DNA from: a virus
Lineage: Duplodnaviria; Caudoviricetes
DNA length: 64,000 bases
IMG/VR virus record: IMGVR_UViG_3300027917_004314
Reading direction: 5' to 3' (one strand)
Notes under the pieces: generated by a model
Databases searched by the model: none
Told to the model about the DNA's origin: nothing
What the model saw: only the letters and a program-made list of their open reading frames with translations
Part shown: positions 47,571 to 57,343 of the stretch, piece by piece
Position numbering within the stretch: the stretch's first letter is position 1
Layout of the letters: the number at the start of each line of letters is the position of its first letter
Made by a program: the position numbers and the translations under genes

Positions 47571-48416
47571 ATGAGATATTTAATCTTAGGTTCAGAGGGA
47601 CAGATAGGTAAACACTTAGTTCAATATGTGCGTCGACAAGGGCACGAAGCCATTGAATACGATATTAGGAGAGACAGACATCAAGACCTAAGACTGTTCG
47701 GGCATGAGAGAGATAGAAAACGACACATCTTAGAAAAAAGTGTTGCAAACTGTGACTTTATATTCTTTTTGGCGTGGGATGTTGGCGGGAGTAAATATCT
47801 CTCTGGTGCAGAGTCGTCATTTGGTTTTATCCATAATAATACGGCAATAATGAATGAGACATTTTTCATGCTCAAAAAATACAAAAAGCCATTCATATTT
47901 ACATCTAGCCAGATGGCAGCGATGGCACATTCGCCCTATGGCAACACTAAACTGGTAGGAGAAAGATTTACTAGAACGCTTAATGGCATATTTGTCAGAT
48001 TATGGAATGTGTATGGATACGAAAAAAAGGTAGATGAAAGATCACATGTAATTACCGATTTTGTTAACATGGCTTTAAACGACAGTATAATTAAGATGCG
48101 AACAGATGGTGCTGAGACCAGACAATTTTTGTACGTAGAAGATTGTTGCGAGGCCTTGTTTGTTTTAAGTAATTTATATGACGAAATGCCAAGGTGCAAT
48201 GAATTTCATGTTTCAAGTTACGAATGGACCTCCATAGAAAAAATTGCTGAAATAGTATCTACACTATGTAGTTGTAAATATATTAAAGGAATTTCAAAAG
48301 ACGACGTACAAATGGCTATCCAGCACGACCCAAACAAAAATATTTTAGAATACTGGAAACCTAAAATTTCAATTGTTGAGGGAATCAGTTGCATTATCAA
48401 AAAAATGAAAGGTTAA
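47571..48416 (+). CDS. NAD-dependent epimerase/dehydratase (extended SDR)
   Basis: MRYLILGSEGQIG, FFLAWDVGG, YGNTK, RLWNVYG, RQFLYVEDC; ATG 47571 (track 47493). Confidence 0.8.
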   Translation: MRYLILGSEGQIGKHLVQYVRRQGHEAIEYDIRRDRHQDLRLFGHERDRKRHILEKSVANCDFIFFLAWDVGGSKYLSGAESSFGFIHNNTAIMNETFFMLKKYKKPFIFTSSQMAAMAHSPYGNTKLVGERFTRTLNGIFVRLWNVYGYEKKVDERSHVITDFVNMALNDSIIKMRTDGAETRQFLYVEDCCEALFVLSNLYDEMPRCNEFHVSSYEWTSIEKIAEIVSTLCSCKYIKGISKDDVQMAIQHDPNKNILEYWKPKISIVEGISCIIKKMKG

Positions 48417-49108
48417 CTGGGCTAATAGAAAATAAACGTGTAGTTTTGGTGGGTCCTGCACAATATTTGGTTGGTAGGGGTTTAGGCAACGCAATAAACG
48501 AATATGATACCGTATGTAGGGTGAACTATATGGCGCCGTCTAATTTTGTTTCAGATTATGGCAACAGAACTGATATAATGTTTTACAATTGTGCTACTTT
48601 AAGCTTGGAACAAATGGAGCAGCATTTTGAAAAATACCCCGATTTCACTGAAAATCTTAAACTTACAGTATGTCCAGTAGTTAAGGGGTTAGGGCCTGAC
48701 AAGTGGACGGAATGGCCTTCAGATTATATAGCACCGGTTGTCACAAATTTTAATAGCATAAATAAATATGGAATTGATTTTCATTGGATTGGAATGTCAA
48801 ACTATAGATATTTATTTGATGTAATAAACTGTCGTGAGCCTAGTTCTGGACCATTATCGATGAAGATAATATTAGAACACAACCCTAAAGAATTTTTTAT
48901 CACTGGGATAACCTTTTATCTTGATGGAATTGAAAATTCGTATTTTAAAGATTATGCTACAGAAGCGAATGGGTATCGTGGCCCAGGTCATCCACAAAAA
49001 AAACAAATAGAATTTTTTAAAAAATGTGTCCTTAGAAAAAATGTGAAAATTGACTCACATTTAAATAGCTTATTAAAAATAAAACATAGTAACGTAAAAA
49101 TCATATAA
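48389..49108 (+). CDS. GT29 sialyltransferase-like protein
   Basis: Sialylmotif L-like RVVLVGPAQYL..RGLGNAINEYDTVCRVN...FVSDYGNRT; sialylmotif S-like PSSGPLSMKIIL...FFITGITFY. Confidence 0.7.
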   Translation: MHYQKNERLTGLIENKRVVLVGPAQYLVGRGLGNAINEYDTVCRVNYMAPSNFVSDYGNRTDIMFYNCATLSLEQMEQHFEKYPDFTENLKLTVCPVVKGLGPDKWTEWPSDYIAPVVTNFNSINKYGIDFHWIGMSNYRYLFDVINCREPSSGPLSMKIILEHNPKEFFITGITFYLDGIENSYFKDYATEANGYRGPGHPQKKQIEFFKKCVLRKNVKIDSHLNSLLKIKHSNVKII

Positions 49109-49126
49109 AGTTGGGGGTGGCATAAA

Positions 49127-49720
49127 ATGGATTTCAGCGTAAACTATTTGATCGATAAAACAATTAACGGAACGGGAGATATTGATGCCCACCTAATGAC
49201 ATTGTTTTCGCTTGCTTTGAGCATAAAAGCAAAAAATATGGTTGAATTGGGCGTGCGGCTCGGTCATACCACAACTCCTCTATTACTAGCAGCTCAAAAA
49301 CTAAATGCAAAGCTTTATTCTGTTGATATTTTAAATCGGGTGTGGGACATTCCTTTCCCAGAAGAGTTGACGAGACACTGGGAGTTCCACGAAAAAGATT
49401 CCGTTAAATTTTTAAATCAATGGGACAAGAACACACCCATTGATTTAATTTTAATAGACGATTTACACACCTACGAACACGTCGCCCAAGAGCTTAAAAT
49501 AATAAGAGATTTGGTTACTCCGAGTAGCATTGTATTATTACACGACTTAATGTATGCCAATTGGGAACCAAAATATCATACGGACAGAGTAGCCACAGGT
49601 CAGTGGGCTAATGGTGGTCCCTATAGAGCCGTAAGCGAGCTGGATAAAGAACTTTGGGAATTTTCTACAATCCCCTCTTGTAACGGCCTAACGATTTTAC
49701 GGAAAAGGGGTGATAAATGA
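49127..49720 (+). CDS. Class I SAM-dependent methyltransferase (Methyltransf_24-like)
   Basis: VELGVRLGHTT, LYSVDI, IDLILIDDLHTYEHV, IVLLHD. Confidence 0.8.
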   Translation: MDFSVNYLIDKTINGTGDIDAHLMTLFSLALSIKAKNMVELGVRLGHTTTPLLLAAQKLNAKLYSVDILNRVWDIPFPEELTRHWEFHEKDSVKFLNQWDKNTPIDLILIDDLHTYEHVAQELKIIRDLVTPSSIVLLHDLMYANWEPKYHTDRVATGQWANGGPYRAVSELDKELWEFSTIPSCNGLTILRKRGDK

Positions 49721-50766
49721 ATTTTGATATTCTGCGAAAACACAATGAAATGCCAGGAGCTAAAAAAGTGTTTTTTGTACCCATAAATACTGGGCAATTA
49801 GATCTATATGAGGGGTTTATGGCCAATGGTTTCGAATTATATTCATTAAATTTTGGCGGTATTAAAGGTTGGAGCGAGAGTGTTTATATGAAACGCCGGG
49901 GTGAGATGGATAGTGTTTTCTTAAAAGCATGTGACGACATCAGACCAGATTGGGTTTATATGATGTTAGACAGTGCCCGTCTTTCTCCTGGTGCTATCAA
50001 AAAGGCTAAAAAAATATTGCCAAACGCTATATTTACGAATTGGACCGGAGATGTGAGAAGAGAACCAAAGCCATTTGTTGTAGAGCTTGGAAAAATTGTC
50101 GATATTACCTTAATTGTGAGCACAGGTCAATTGGAACAGTATAGACGCCATGGTTTAAATCGTGTGGAATTTTTGCAAGCCGGGATAGATACTGGTAAAT
50201 TTTTCCGTATGTCTGAAAAAGAGAGAGAAGTTCTAAGAAAAGAACTGAAACACGATGTGGTATTTTGTGCTCATAATACCACAGCTCATCCTGGTTCTGC
50301 ACAAAGAAACGAAATTGGCATCAAATTATCTAAACTTTATGGTAGTCGTTGTGCTCTATATGGTGGGGGTTGGAAAAAATGTAAGGCAAGTGCTCGCGGA
50401 CCTATTCCATATTTTGACCAGAATAAAGTGTATAACGGATCAAAAATTGTTATTAGTATAAACAATTATAATGATATAGAAATGTACTTCTCTGCAAGAC
50501 AGTTGGCAGCTATGGGTTCTGGAACCATAACAGTTTCTCGTTATATCCCCGGCTTAGAAAAATATTTCGATAACGGGCACGATTTGGTGTGGTTTACAAC
50601 TACCGATGAATGCATGAAACTCGTTGATTACTATTTAAAAAACGAAGATGAAGCTCGCCAAATTGGAATTAACGGTGCTAAAAAAATACAAGAATGTCAT
50701 TCTAGGGTAGAGTTTGTTAGAAAAATAGCAACGCAACTGGGTTTTCTGGGACAGAAGGAACTCTAA
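49717..50766 (+). CDS. CgeB-like GT-B glycosyltransferase
   Basis: DVVFCA, VYNGSKIVISIN, SARQLAAMGSG, LEKYFDNGHDLVWF...LVDYYL..EDEARQIG..G. Confidence 0.75.
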   Translation: MNFDILRKHNEMPGAKKVFFVPINTGQLDLYEGFMANGFELYSLNFGGIKGWSESVYMKRRGEMDSVFLKACDDIRPDWVYMMLDSARLSPGAIKKAKKILPNAIFTNWTGDVRREPKPFVVELGKIVDITLIVSTGQLEQYRRHGLNRVEFLQAGIDTGKFFRMSEKEREVLRKELKHDVVFCAHNTTAHPGSAQRNEIGIKLSKLYGSRCALYGGGWKKCKASARGPIPYFDQNKVYNGSKIVISINNYNDIEMYFSARQLAAMGSGTITVSRYIPGLEKYFDNGHDLVWFTTTDECMKLVDYYLKNEDEARQIGINGAKKIQECHSRVEFVRKIATQLGFLGQKEL

Positions 50767-51698
50767 TGTTAGACTTAATTATTTTTATAGTAAGCGATGG
50801 CCCACACGCAACGCCAGATATTTTAACGAAAACAGTTTCATCAATAGAGAGTACTATCGGATTGGTTGAGTATAAATATTATTTAGTGTTGAGCGCACAA
50901 CAGGAAAAAGTAATCTTAAAAATGATCAAAACGGGAACGCTAAATAAAGAAAAAATTTTAAAGATTAAAAAATCTATAGGTTCGTGGGCACATGAATATA
51001 ACCAGTTTTTTGATTCGTGTAAAAAATTAACAAAATATATCCTTTATTCCCACGATGATTTAATTATAAGAACAAAAGATTTTTTTAATACTACTATGAG
51101 ATTAATTGCTGGAAAAGAAAAAGAGATAGGGTGGATCACTTTTACTGGTGATTTTTACTATCGTATTTTGGGGAGACCCTGGGCTGTTTCGGCTAGACCA
51201 GGATTTCATACGGACAAAGATAAATGGCCTTATCTTTTTGAATGCCACCGGTTTAATGACTCTCATAGGGGCAAATCCAAAGAAAACCTACACCTGTTAG
51301 ATATGCCAAAATCAGGAAAACTTGTTAAAATTCACGCGCCGTATATGCACTTTAATATCGTAAGCGTTGAGTCGATGGAAATAATAGGTCCCTGCGAAGA
51401 GTGGACATTATATCCGCACTTGAACGATGAAGATTGGGGGCTTGAGGCTCTTAAGAAAAATTTATGGAATATATGGATTCCTGATGTTTATTATACTCAT
51501 CCAATCAATTTTCACAAACGTAAAGGTGGCAACCGCTGGACGGAAGAGGCTCATGCCGGATTTATTAAAAAATGGGGTTTTGATGAAGGTACAAATAATC
51601 CTACTGCTGTACAAATTGAAGAAATAAAAGCAGAACACAAAAACAACCTGATCCCTTGGTCGTTGAATTATAATACATATGATTGGCAATACTTATGA
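50766..51698 (+). CDS. GT2-like glycosyltransferase
   Basis: YILYSHDDL DxD-like motif, EIGWI, DEDWGLEA, VYYTHP, FIKKWG. Confidence 0.6.
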   Translation: MLDLIIFIVSDGPHATPDILTKTVSSIESTIGLVEYKYYLVLSAQQEKVILKMIKTGTLNKEKILKIKKSIGSWAHEYNQFFDSCKKLTKYILYSHDDLIIRTKDFFNTTMRLIAGKEKEIGWITFTGDFYYRILGRPWAVSARPGFHTDKDKWPYLFECHRFNDSHRGKSKENLHLLDMPKSGKLVKIHAPYMHFNIVSVESMEIIGPCEEWTLYPHLNDEDWGLEALKKNLWNIWIPDVYYTHPINFHKRKGGNRWTEEAHAGFIKKWGFDEGTNNPTAVQIEEIKAEHKNNLIPWSLNYNTYDWQYL

Positions 51699-52471
51699 CA
51701 AAGAAAATTTCCACTATGGATGACTATAAATGCGGAGCAATAAACGATGGCATTCAAAACATTGCCTATGCGACAGAATATCATAACAGAAGGAAAGATC
51801 AGAGAAGGTCGTTTTCGTTGAATTTACTATCTCGTATCGGATTTTTGTCAAAAAACATGAATTTTATATCTTTATGTTGTGGATTTGCCGGCGAAGAGTC
51901 TTTGTTGGTGCCACACTTCGCAAACACGGTATTATTGGACCAGCATCCAAAAACTATTGATTTGACCAAACAAATATACACAGCCTTCTGTTTGACTGAA
52001 AGGGTGGAATTTATTGCTAAGAGTGTTCAGGAATATGTCCCGGAAAAGAAATTTAATATAATTTATACTTCTAGCCCATCTGATTGGATGAAAAACCCAG
52101 TAGGACCAATGCCTGAGCACTATGCGAATTTTATATCAAAGCACCTACATAATTGTGGAGTTTTCATTGCAAGACTTTATGGTGGTTCATATACTCATAA
52201 TGGAAACAAAGAACATCTAAATGATGAAAATTTTTGTAGCGATATGAATGAATACATTAGTAAATACGGACTAGAGATAATTGAATGGGAAGTTTGTCCT
52301 GAGCGCATAGAATCGAATGTTTTAATAATCGGGAAGTCAGCTGCACTGCCGATAATAAAATTTGATCAATTAGATAGTGGTGTAAGCTCTTGGACGCAGC
52401 CAAAACCCGCCCATTTTGCGTTGAGATCTGCTCACTCTATCCTTAAACAACAAGGGGATTTAGAAAAATGA
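51695..52471 (+). CDS. Putative class I SAM-dependent methyltransferase
   Basis: ISLCCGFAGE motif I-like, VLLDQ, KKFNIIY, LHNCGVFI; ATGA overlap (track 51683). Confidence 0.6.
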   Translation: MTKKISTMDDYKCGAINDGIQNIAYATEYHNRRKDQRRSFSLNLLSRIGFLSKNMNFISLCCGFAGEESLLVPHFANTVLLDQHPKTIDLTKQIYTAFCLTERVEFIAKSVQEYVPEKKFNIIYTSSPSDWMKNPVGPMPEHYANFISKHLHNCGVFIARLYGGSYTHNGNKEHLNDENFCSDMNEYISKYGLEIIEWEVCPERIESNVLIIGKSAALPIIKFDQLDSGVSSWTQPKPAHFALRSAHSILKQQGDLEK

Positions 52472-53844
52472 AAATATTGTTAATAGCATACGACAACGGC
52501 TCTCATCTTAATTTGTTTCCAATAGGAATTGGGTATATCGCTTCAGTTCTACTGAAAAAGGGTCATAAAGTAGTAATATATAATCAAGATATATACCATC
52601 ATTCTCCGAAACATTTGACAGATTTTCTTGATAATCATAATTTTGATGCTGTTGGTATGGGGGTTGTTGGTGGATATTATCAGTACAAAAAATTATTAGA
52701 AATTTCGAACGCCATTAATAATTCCAAAAAGCGTCCTCTATATATAATAGGGGGTTATGGACCAACACCAGAGCCAGAATTCTTTTTAAAAAAAACTCGG
52801 GCGGATATTGTTGTTATGGGTGAAGGCGAAGATACTATTGTTGAGCTATTTAGTGGCAAAAATTTGTATGATGTTAATGGAATCGCTTTTAGAGACCAAA
52901 ATGAGATAGTTATTAATGAGCGAAGAAAGCTGATCCGTGATTTAGACAGCATTCCTTTTCCAGCCTATGAACTTTTTCCGATGGAGATTTATAGGCTAAA
53001 GAGGGTCCCAAACACGACCCTCACAGACTTTGTTGTACCGATGGTTTCTGGTCGGGGTTGCAAGTTTAAGTGCAATTTTTGTTATAGAATGGATAAGGGA
53101 GCGCGTGAGAGAAGCAATGAACATATTGTAGAAGAAATGAAAATGCTTAAAACAGATTATTCTATAACAGTAGTAGATTTTTGTGATGATTTACTTATGT
53201 CATCTAAAAATAGAGCCATAGCGTTGAGCCAAGAAATAATAAGTGCGAACCTAAATATGCGGTGGCATTGTAATGGTAGGCTTAATTACGCCACCCCTGA
53301 TGTGATAAAAATCATGAAGGAGGCTGGCTGCGTGTATATAAACTACGGAATAGAGTGTTTTGATGACGGTGTTTTAAAAACCATGAATAAAGCTCTAACG
53401 ACAGAACAAATAGTAAAAGGTATTAAAGCCACTTTAGAACATGGAGTAAGTCCAGGGTTTAACATTATCTTTGGAAATATTGATGAAGATGAAAAAACGC
53501 TTAAAAAAAGTGTAGATTTTCTATTGGAATATGGCGATTGGGCAGAAATGAGAACTATAAGACCTGTAACTCCGTATCCTGGCTCTCCTTTATATTATTA
53601 TGCCCTAGAAAAGGGTTTGTTAAAGGATGCCGAAGATTTTTATGAGAATAAACATATTAATTCGGATCTACTGACAGTTAATTTTACCAAATTGTCGGAT
53701 GAAGACTTTTATAAATATTTATACGAAGCAAATAAAAAATTGATCAGGGCTTATTTGGATAAAAAAATGGAACTAATAAAAGGAGATATGGATAAGTTAT
53801 ACTGTGATTTAAATGTCAATTTTAGGGGATTTCGAGATGTATGA
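52468..53844 (+). CDS. Cobalamin-binding radical SAM protein (class B methyltransferase-like)
   Basis: N-terminal PIGIGYIASVL, IIGGYGPT, VVMGEGE; SGRGCKFKCNFC; FCDD; GIE; PYPGS.LY. Confidence 0.9.
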   Translation: MKILLIAYDNGSHLNLFPIGIGYIASVLLKKGHKVVIYNQDIYHHSPKHLTDFLDNHNFDAVGMGVVGGYYQYKKLLEISNAINNSKKRPLYIIGGYGPTPEPEFFLKKTRADIVVMGEGEDTIVELFSGKNLYDVNGIAFRDQNEIVINERRKLIRDLDSIPFPAYELFPMEIYRLKRVPNTTLTDFVVPMVSGRGCKFKCNFCYRMDKGARERSNEHIVEEMKMLKTDYSITVVDFCDDLLMSSKNRAIALSQEIISANLNMRWHCNGRLNYATPDVIKIMKEAGCVYINYGIECFDDGVLKTMNKALTTEQIVKGIKATLEHGVSPGFNIIFGNIDEDEKTLKKSVDFLLEYGDWAEMRTIRPVTPYPGSPLYYYALEKGLLKDAEDFYENKHINSDLLTVNFTKLSDEDFYKYLYEANKKLIRAYLDKKMELIKGDMDKLYCDLNVNFRGFRDV

Positions 53845-53887
53845 AAATGAAGAAGGTTGTTTCACAAAGTGTTAGGGAGGATTCAAA

Positions 53888-55336
53888 ATGGAATTACGTT
53901 ATAAAATGGGGCAAAAATACAAGCAGGGTCAAATTGTTGAAAAAGAATGTTTTAGTGGTAATAAAGCCTTGGCAGTATGGTGTTTATCAATGCGAAATAA
54001 ATATAATATTAAAACTGTAATTGAGACTGGAACAAACTTCGCCAAAACTACAGAGTTTTTTGCTAATGCTTTCGAGAAGGTATATACTATAGATATACAA
54101 GAAGAATTCACTAAAATGGCTAGAAAAAAGTTTTCTGGAAAAGAAAATGTAGAGTGTATATGTGGCAATTCTTCTAAGGTGTTAGCTTCTCTTTGTGGCA
54201 AAATACCAAAAGATGAAGTCGTTTTATTATTTCTAGATGCTCATGGTAATTATGAAAAAGATTTAATTGATGTGGGTGTTAAAAATCGGTCTAAAAAAAG
54301 TCTTGAATATTATCCAAAAAACGCCACACAGTTTAATCCCATATGTGTGGAACTTGACACTATTTCTCAACATTTGTGTGGGAGGTGTGTGCTTATTATA
54401 GATGACATACCAAGTCCATATTGTAATCCCAACGTGCAATTTGGACAGTTCAAAACAAGCCAATCAGGTTTTCGTAACATAGTGTCTAAGTGTTTTCAAA
54501 AAAAATATAAAATGAGAGATACTATGGTGCGTCTAGGAAATAAAAGAAAATCTTCTTTGATTATAGAGCCGGATAATATAAAAAGGGGTGTGTTTATTAC
54601 TGCAAGAGTGGACTCAAAGAGGTTGCCAAGAAAGCATCTCTTAAAAATCGACGGCAAACATTGCATAGAACATGTTATGGAAAGAGTTAAAAAATCAAAA
54701 CGAGCAGATAAGATAGTGTTATGTACTACCACATTAGATCAAGATAAGAGGCTCTGTGAAATTGCGAAAAAGTATAATATTAGTGTTTTTAGGGGAAGTG
54801 TTGTTGACAAGTTAGACAGGTGGAGGGGCGCCACTGAAAAATATGATATTGATTTTTTTGTAACTGCAGATGCTGATGATTTGTTCTGTGATCCTGAATT
54901 AATTGACCTAGCTTTTGATCAGTACGATAGGACTAAGGCAGATTTTATAGAATGGGACCAAGATAATTTTATATGTGGTGCTTTCACATATGGGATTTGT
55001 TCTGATGCTTTACGTTTTGTGTGCGAAAACAAACAAACAAACAACACTGAAATGATGTGGGTTTTCTTTGATAAAAATCATTTCAAAAAAGAAAAATTAC
55101 AAAATGTGCCGAAAATATTTATGCGGCCGGAGATACGAGCCACACTAGATTACGAAGAAGATTTTGAATTTTTTAAGAAAATATATTCTTACATGGAAAA
55201 TAAAGAATTTACTTTAAAAGACGTTGTCTCTTTAATAGACGACCACCCAGAAATTATAAAAATAAATAATGCTAGACACCACGATTGGAAAAAAAATCAA
55301 GAAAAAGAGTTAAAACATGTCAACGAAAATCAATAA
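53888..55336 (+). CDS. Fusion: SAM methyltransferase-like domain + acylneuraminate/SpsF-like cytidylyltransferase
   Basis: N: VIETGTNF..TT, VYTID, LFLDAH. C: ITARVDSKRLPRKHLLKIDGK..IEHV..R, FRGS..DKLDR, TLDYEEDF. Confidence 0.8.
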   Translation: MELRYKMGQKYKQGQIVEKECFSGNKALAVWCLSMRNKYNIKTVIETGTNFAKTTEFFANAFEKVYTIDIQEEFTKMARKKFSGKENVECICGNSSKVLASLCGKIPKDEVVLLFLDAHGNYEKDLIDVGVKNRSKKSLEYYPKNATQFNPICVELDTISQHLCGRCVLIIDDIPSPYCNPNVQFGQFKTSQSGFRNIVSKCFQKKYKMRDTMVRLGNKRKSSLIIEPDNIKRGVFITARVDSKRLPRKHLLKIDGKHCIEHVMERVKKSKRADKIVLCTTTLDQDKRLCEIAKKYNISVFRGSVVDKLDRWRGATEKYDIDFFVTADADDLFCDPELIDLAFDQYDRTKADFIEWDQDNFICGAFTYGICSDALRFVCENKQTNNTEMMWVFFDKNHFKKEKLQNVPKIFMRPEIRATLDYEEDFEFFKKIYSYMENKEFTLKDVVSLIDDHPEIIKINNARHHDWKKNQEKELKHVNENQ

Positions 55337-56504
55337 AAAATATGCGGGTAAAGAATTAGATTACCTGACTAAAGTATTAAATTCAGAAAGTTGGTCGTCT
55401 ACTGAAGGTTCTTGGACCAACACCCTAGAATCTAAATTTGCTGAAAAGTTTAATGCCAAATATGCGATTGCAATGAATAGTGGCACCTCGGTTTTACACG
55501 CTGCGTTGGTTGCTTGTGGTATTCGACCAGGCGATGAGGTTATTACACCAGCACTAACTGTTTTTATGGATACAAGTTCTATTATACACTGCAATGCTAT
55601 TCCTATTTATGCTGATGTACAAAAAGATACATTTAATATAGATCCAGCAGATGTGCGTAAAAAAATAACTCCAAAAACCAAGGCCATTATAGCCGTATCA
55701 TTATATGGACTAGAATGTGATATTCCTGCTTTGATGAAAATAGCTAATCAATATGACTTATATTTGATAGTAGACAACGCTCAACATATGGGAAAACACA
55801 AGGGTCATATCACCACATATTCATTTGAAAACAGCAAACATATTTCCTGCGGGGAAGGTGGTATTGTTATTACAAACAGCCAAGCTATGGCTTCGTGTAT
55901 GAGAAAACTAAGTAATCATGGTTTTAAAAATAGTACTGCCAAAGAAGGTAGAATTAAATTAAATTTAGATGAGTTTCAAAGTCCACACTATAAAAGACAC
56001 AGCATGATAGGATGGAATTATAGACTTTCAGAATTCTGTGCTGCTGTGGCTTTGGCACAACTAGAAAGAGTTGACGAATTAGTAGCTCGTAGAAGAAACG
56101 TGGCTAAAGCGTATATGGATGTAATAAATGAGGAACACTCAAGTTTAATACCACAGTTCCACAATTTAGATCATACGTATTGGACTTTTGCGGTTAGAAT
56201 GTATAACTGGAAAGCCTTTCGTAAACTATATGTTTCCAACGGAGGTGATGGTTTTTATGGTGCTTGGTCTGTTCCGTATTTAGAACCAGCGATGCAGAAT
56301 AGAATGTTTGTCAGGATTAATCCCAAAATATATAAAGATGTCAAATACGAGGGCAAAATTTGCCCTGTAGCGGAAAGTATTCAACCAACAATAGCGCAGT
56401 TTAAAACAAACTATAGAGTCGAATCGGAGATTAACGCTCAAATTGGAGCTTTCAGAAAAACCATAAGGAACTTGAAAGCGCCCCTAGGAGGTTTTTATAA
56501 ATGA
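55317..56504 (+). CDS. DegT/DnrJ/EryC1/StrS family sugar aminotransferase
   Basis: NSGTSVLHAAL...PGDEVI, VDNAQ, YSFENSKHISCGEGG with intact Lys, GWNYRL. Confidence 0.9.
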   Translation: MSTKINKKYAGKELDYLTKVLNSESWSSTEGSWTNTLESKFAEKFNAKYAIAMNSGTSVLHAALVACGIRPGDEVITPALTVFMDTSSIIHCNAIPIYADVQKDTFNIDPADVRKKITPKTKAIIAVSLYGLECDIPALMKIANQYDLYLIVDNAQHMGKHKGHITTYSFENSKHISCGEGGIVITNSQAMASCMRKLSNHGFKNSTAKEGRIKLNLDEFQSPHYKRHSMIGWNYRLSEFCAAVALAQLERVDELVARRRNVAKAYMDVINEEHSSLIPQFHNLDHTYWTFAVRMYNWKAFRKLYVSNGGDGFYGAWSVPYLEPAMQNRMFVRINPKIYKDVKYEGKICPVAESIQPTIAQFKTNYRVESEINAQIGAFRKTIRNLKAPLGGFYK

Positions 56505-57340
56505 AATTGGAAAATTTTCCTTATTTTATAGGAGAAATTGGCATTAATCATAATGGAGATTTACAGATTGCCAAGCAGCTGATAGATGCCATCTCTGCGT
56601 GTGGTTGGCACTGTGCCAAATTTCAAAAAAGAAATCCAGACGTGTGTGTCCCTGAAGAGCAAAAAATAAAAAAGCGAGCCACGCCGTGGGGAGAGATTAC
56701 TTATTTAGAGTATAAACACAAAGTGGAATTTCGGAAAAAAGAATATGAATATATAGATATGTACTGCAGAGAAAAGCCGCTTGATTGGTCTGCTTCTGTT
56801 TGGGATTTAGACAGCCTTAATTTTATTATAGATTTTGACGTGCCCTTTATTAAAATTGGTTCAGCGATGTTAACCAATAATGATTTAATTATAGAGGCTG
56901 CAAAAACTAAAAAACAGCTTATAGTTTCAACTGGAATGTCGACTTTAGAGGAGATAGATAACTCATTTAATTTAATTCTTAAACACGGGCTTATACCAAT
57001 TTTGATGCATACAAATGCTAGTTATCCGACTCCACCTGAGGAGCTAAATCTTAAAATAATTCCTATGCTTATAGAGAGGTATAAGTGTGTTGTGGGGTAT
57101 TCTGGGCATGAAAAAGATCTAGAACCTACTGTGATTGCTGCTGCTCTTGGTGCAAAAGTAATTGAAAGACACATTACCCTTGATCACAACATGTGGGGTA
57201 CAGACCAAAAAGCAAGTCTAGAAATAATGGGCATGGATATACTTAAAAAAAGAATAGATGCTATAGATACAATTTTGGGGTCCGATGAAAAATATATAAC
57301 TCCCAGTGAAATATCTATAAGAAAAAAACTCCGAGGTTAA
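56501..57340 (+). CDS. neuB: N-acetylneuraminate (ulosonic acid) synthase family, lacking C-terminal SAF domain
   Basis: IGEIGINHNGD, AKFQKR, IKIGS, VSTGMS, HTNASYP, GYSGHE, GAKVIERHITLD; only 279 aa. Confidence 0.85.
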   Translation: MKLENFPYFIGEIGINHNGDLQIAKQLIDAISACGWHCAKFQKRNPDVCVPEEQKIKKRATPWGEITYLEYKHKVEFRKKEYEYIDMYCREKPLDWSASVWDLDSLNFIIDFDVPFIKIGSAMLTNNDLIIEAAKTKKQLIVSTGMSTLEEIDNSFNLILKHGLIPILMHTNASYPTPPEELNLKIIPMLIERYKCVVGYSGHEKDLEPTVIAAALGAKVIERHITLDHNMWGTDQKASLEIMGMDILKKRIDAIDTILGSDEKYITPSEISIRKKLRG

Positions 57341-57343
57341 AAA

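Noticed and set aside
53841-54020. Short ORF starting at the ATGA overlap after the B12 radical SAM gene
   Set aside because: It overlaps out of frame with ORF 53888, which has a strong GGAGG RBS; no motif.
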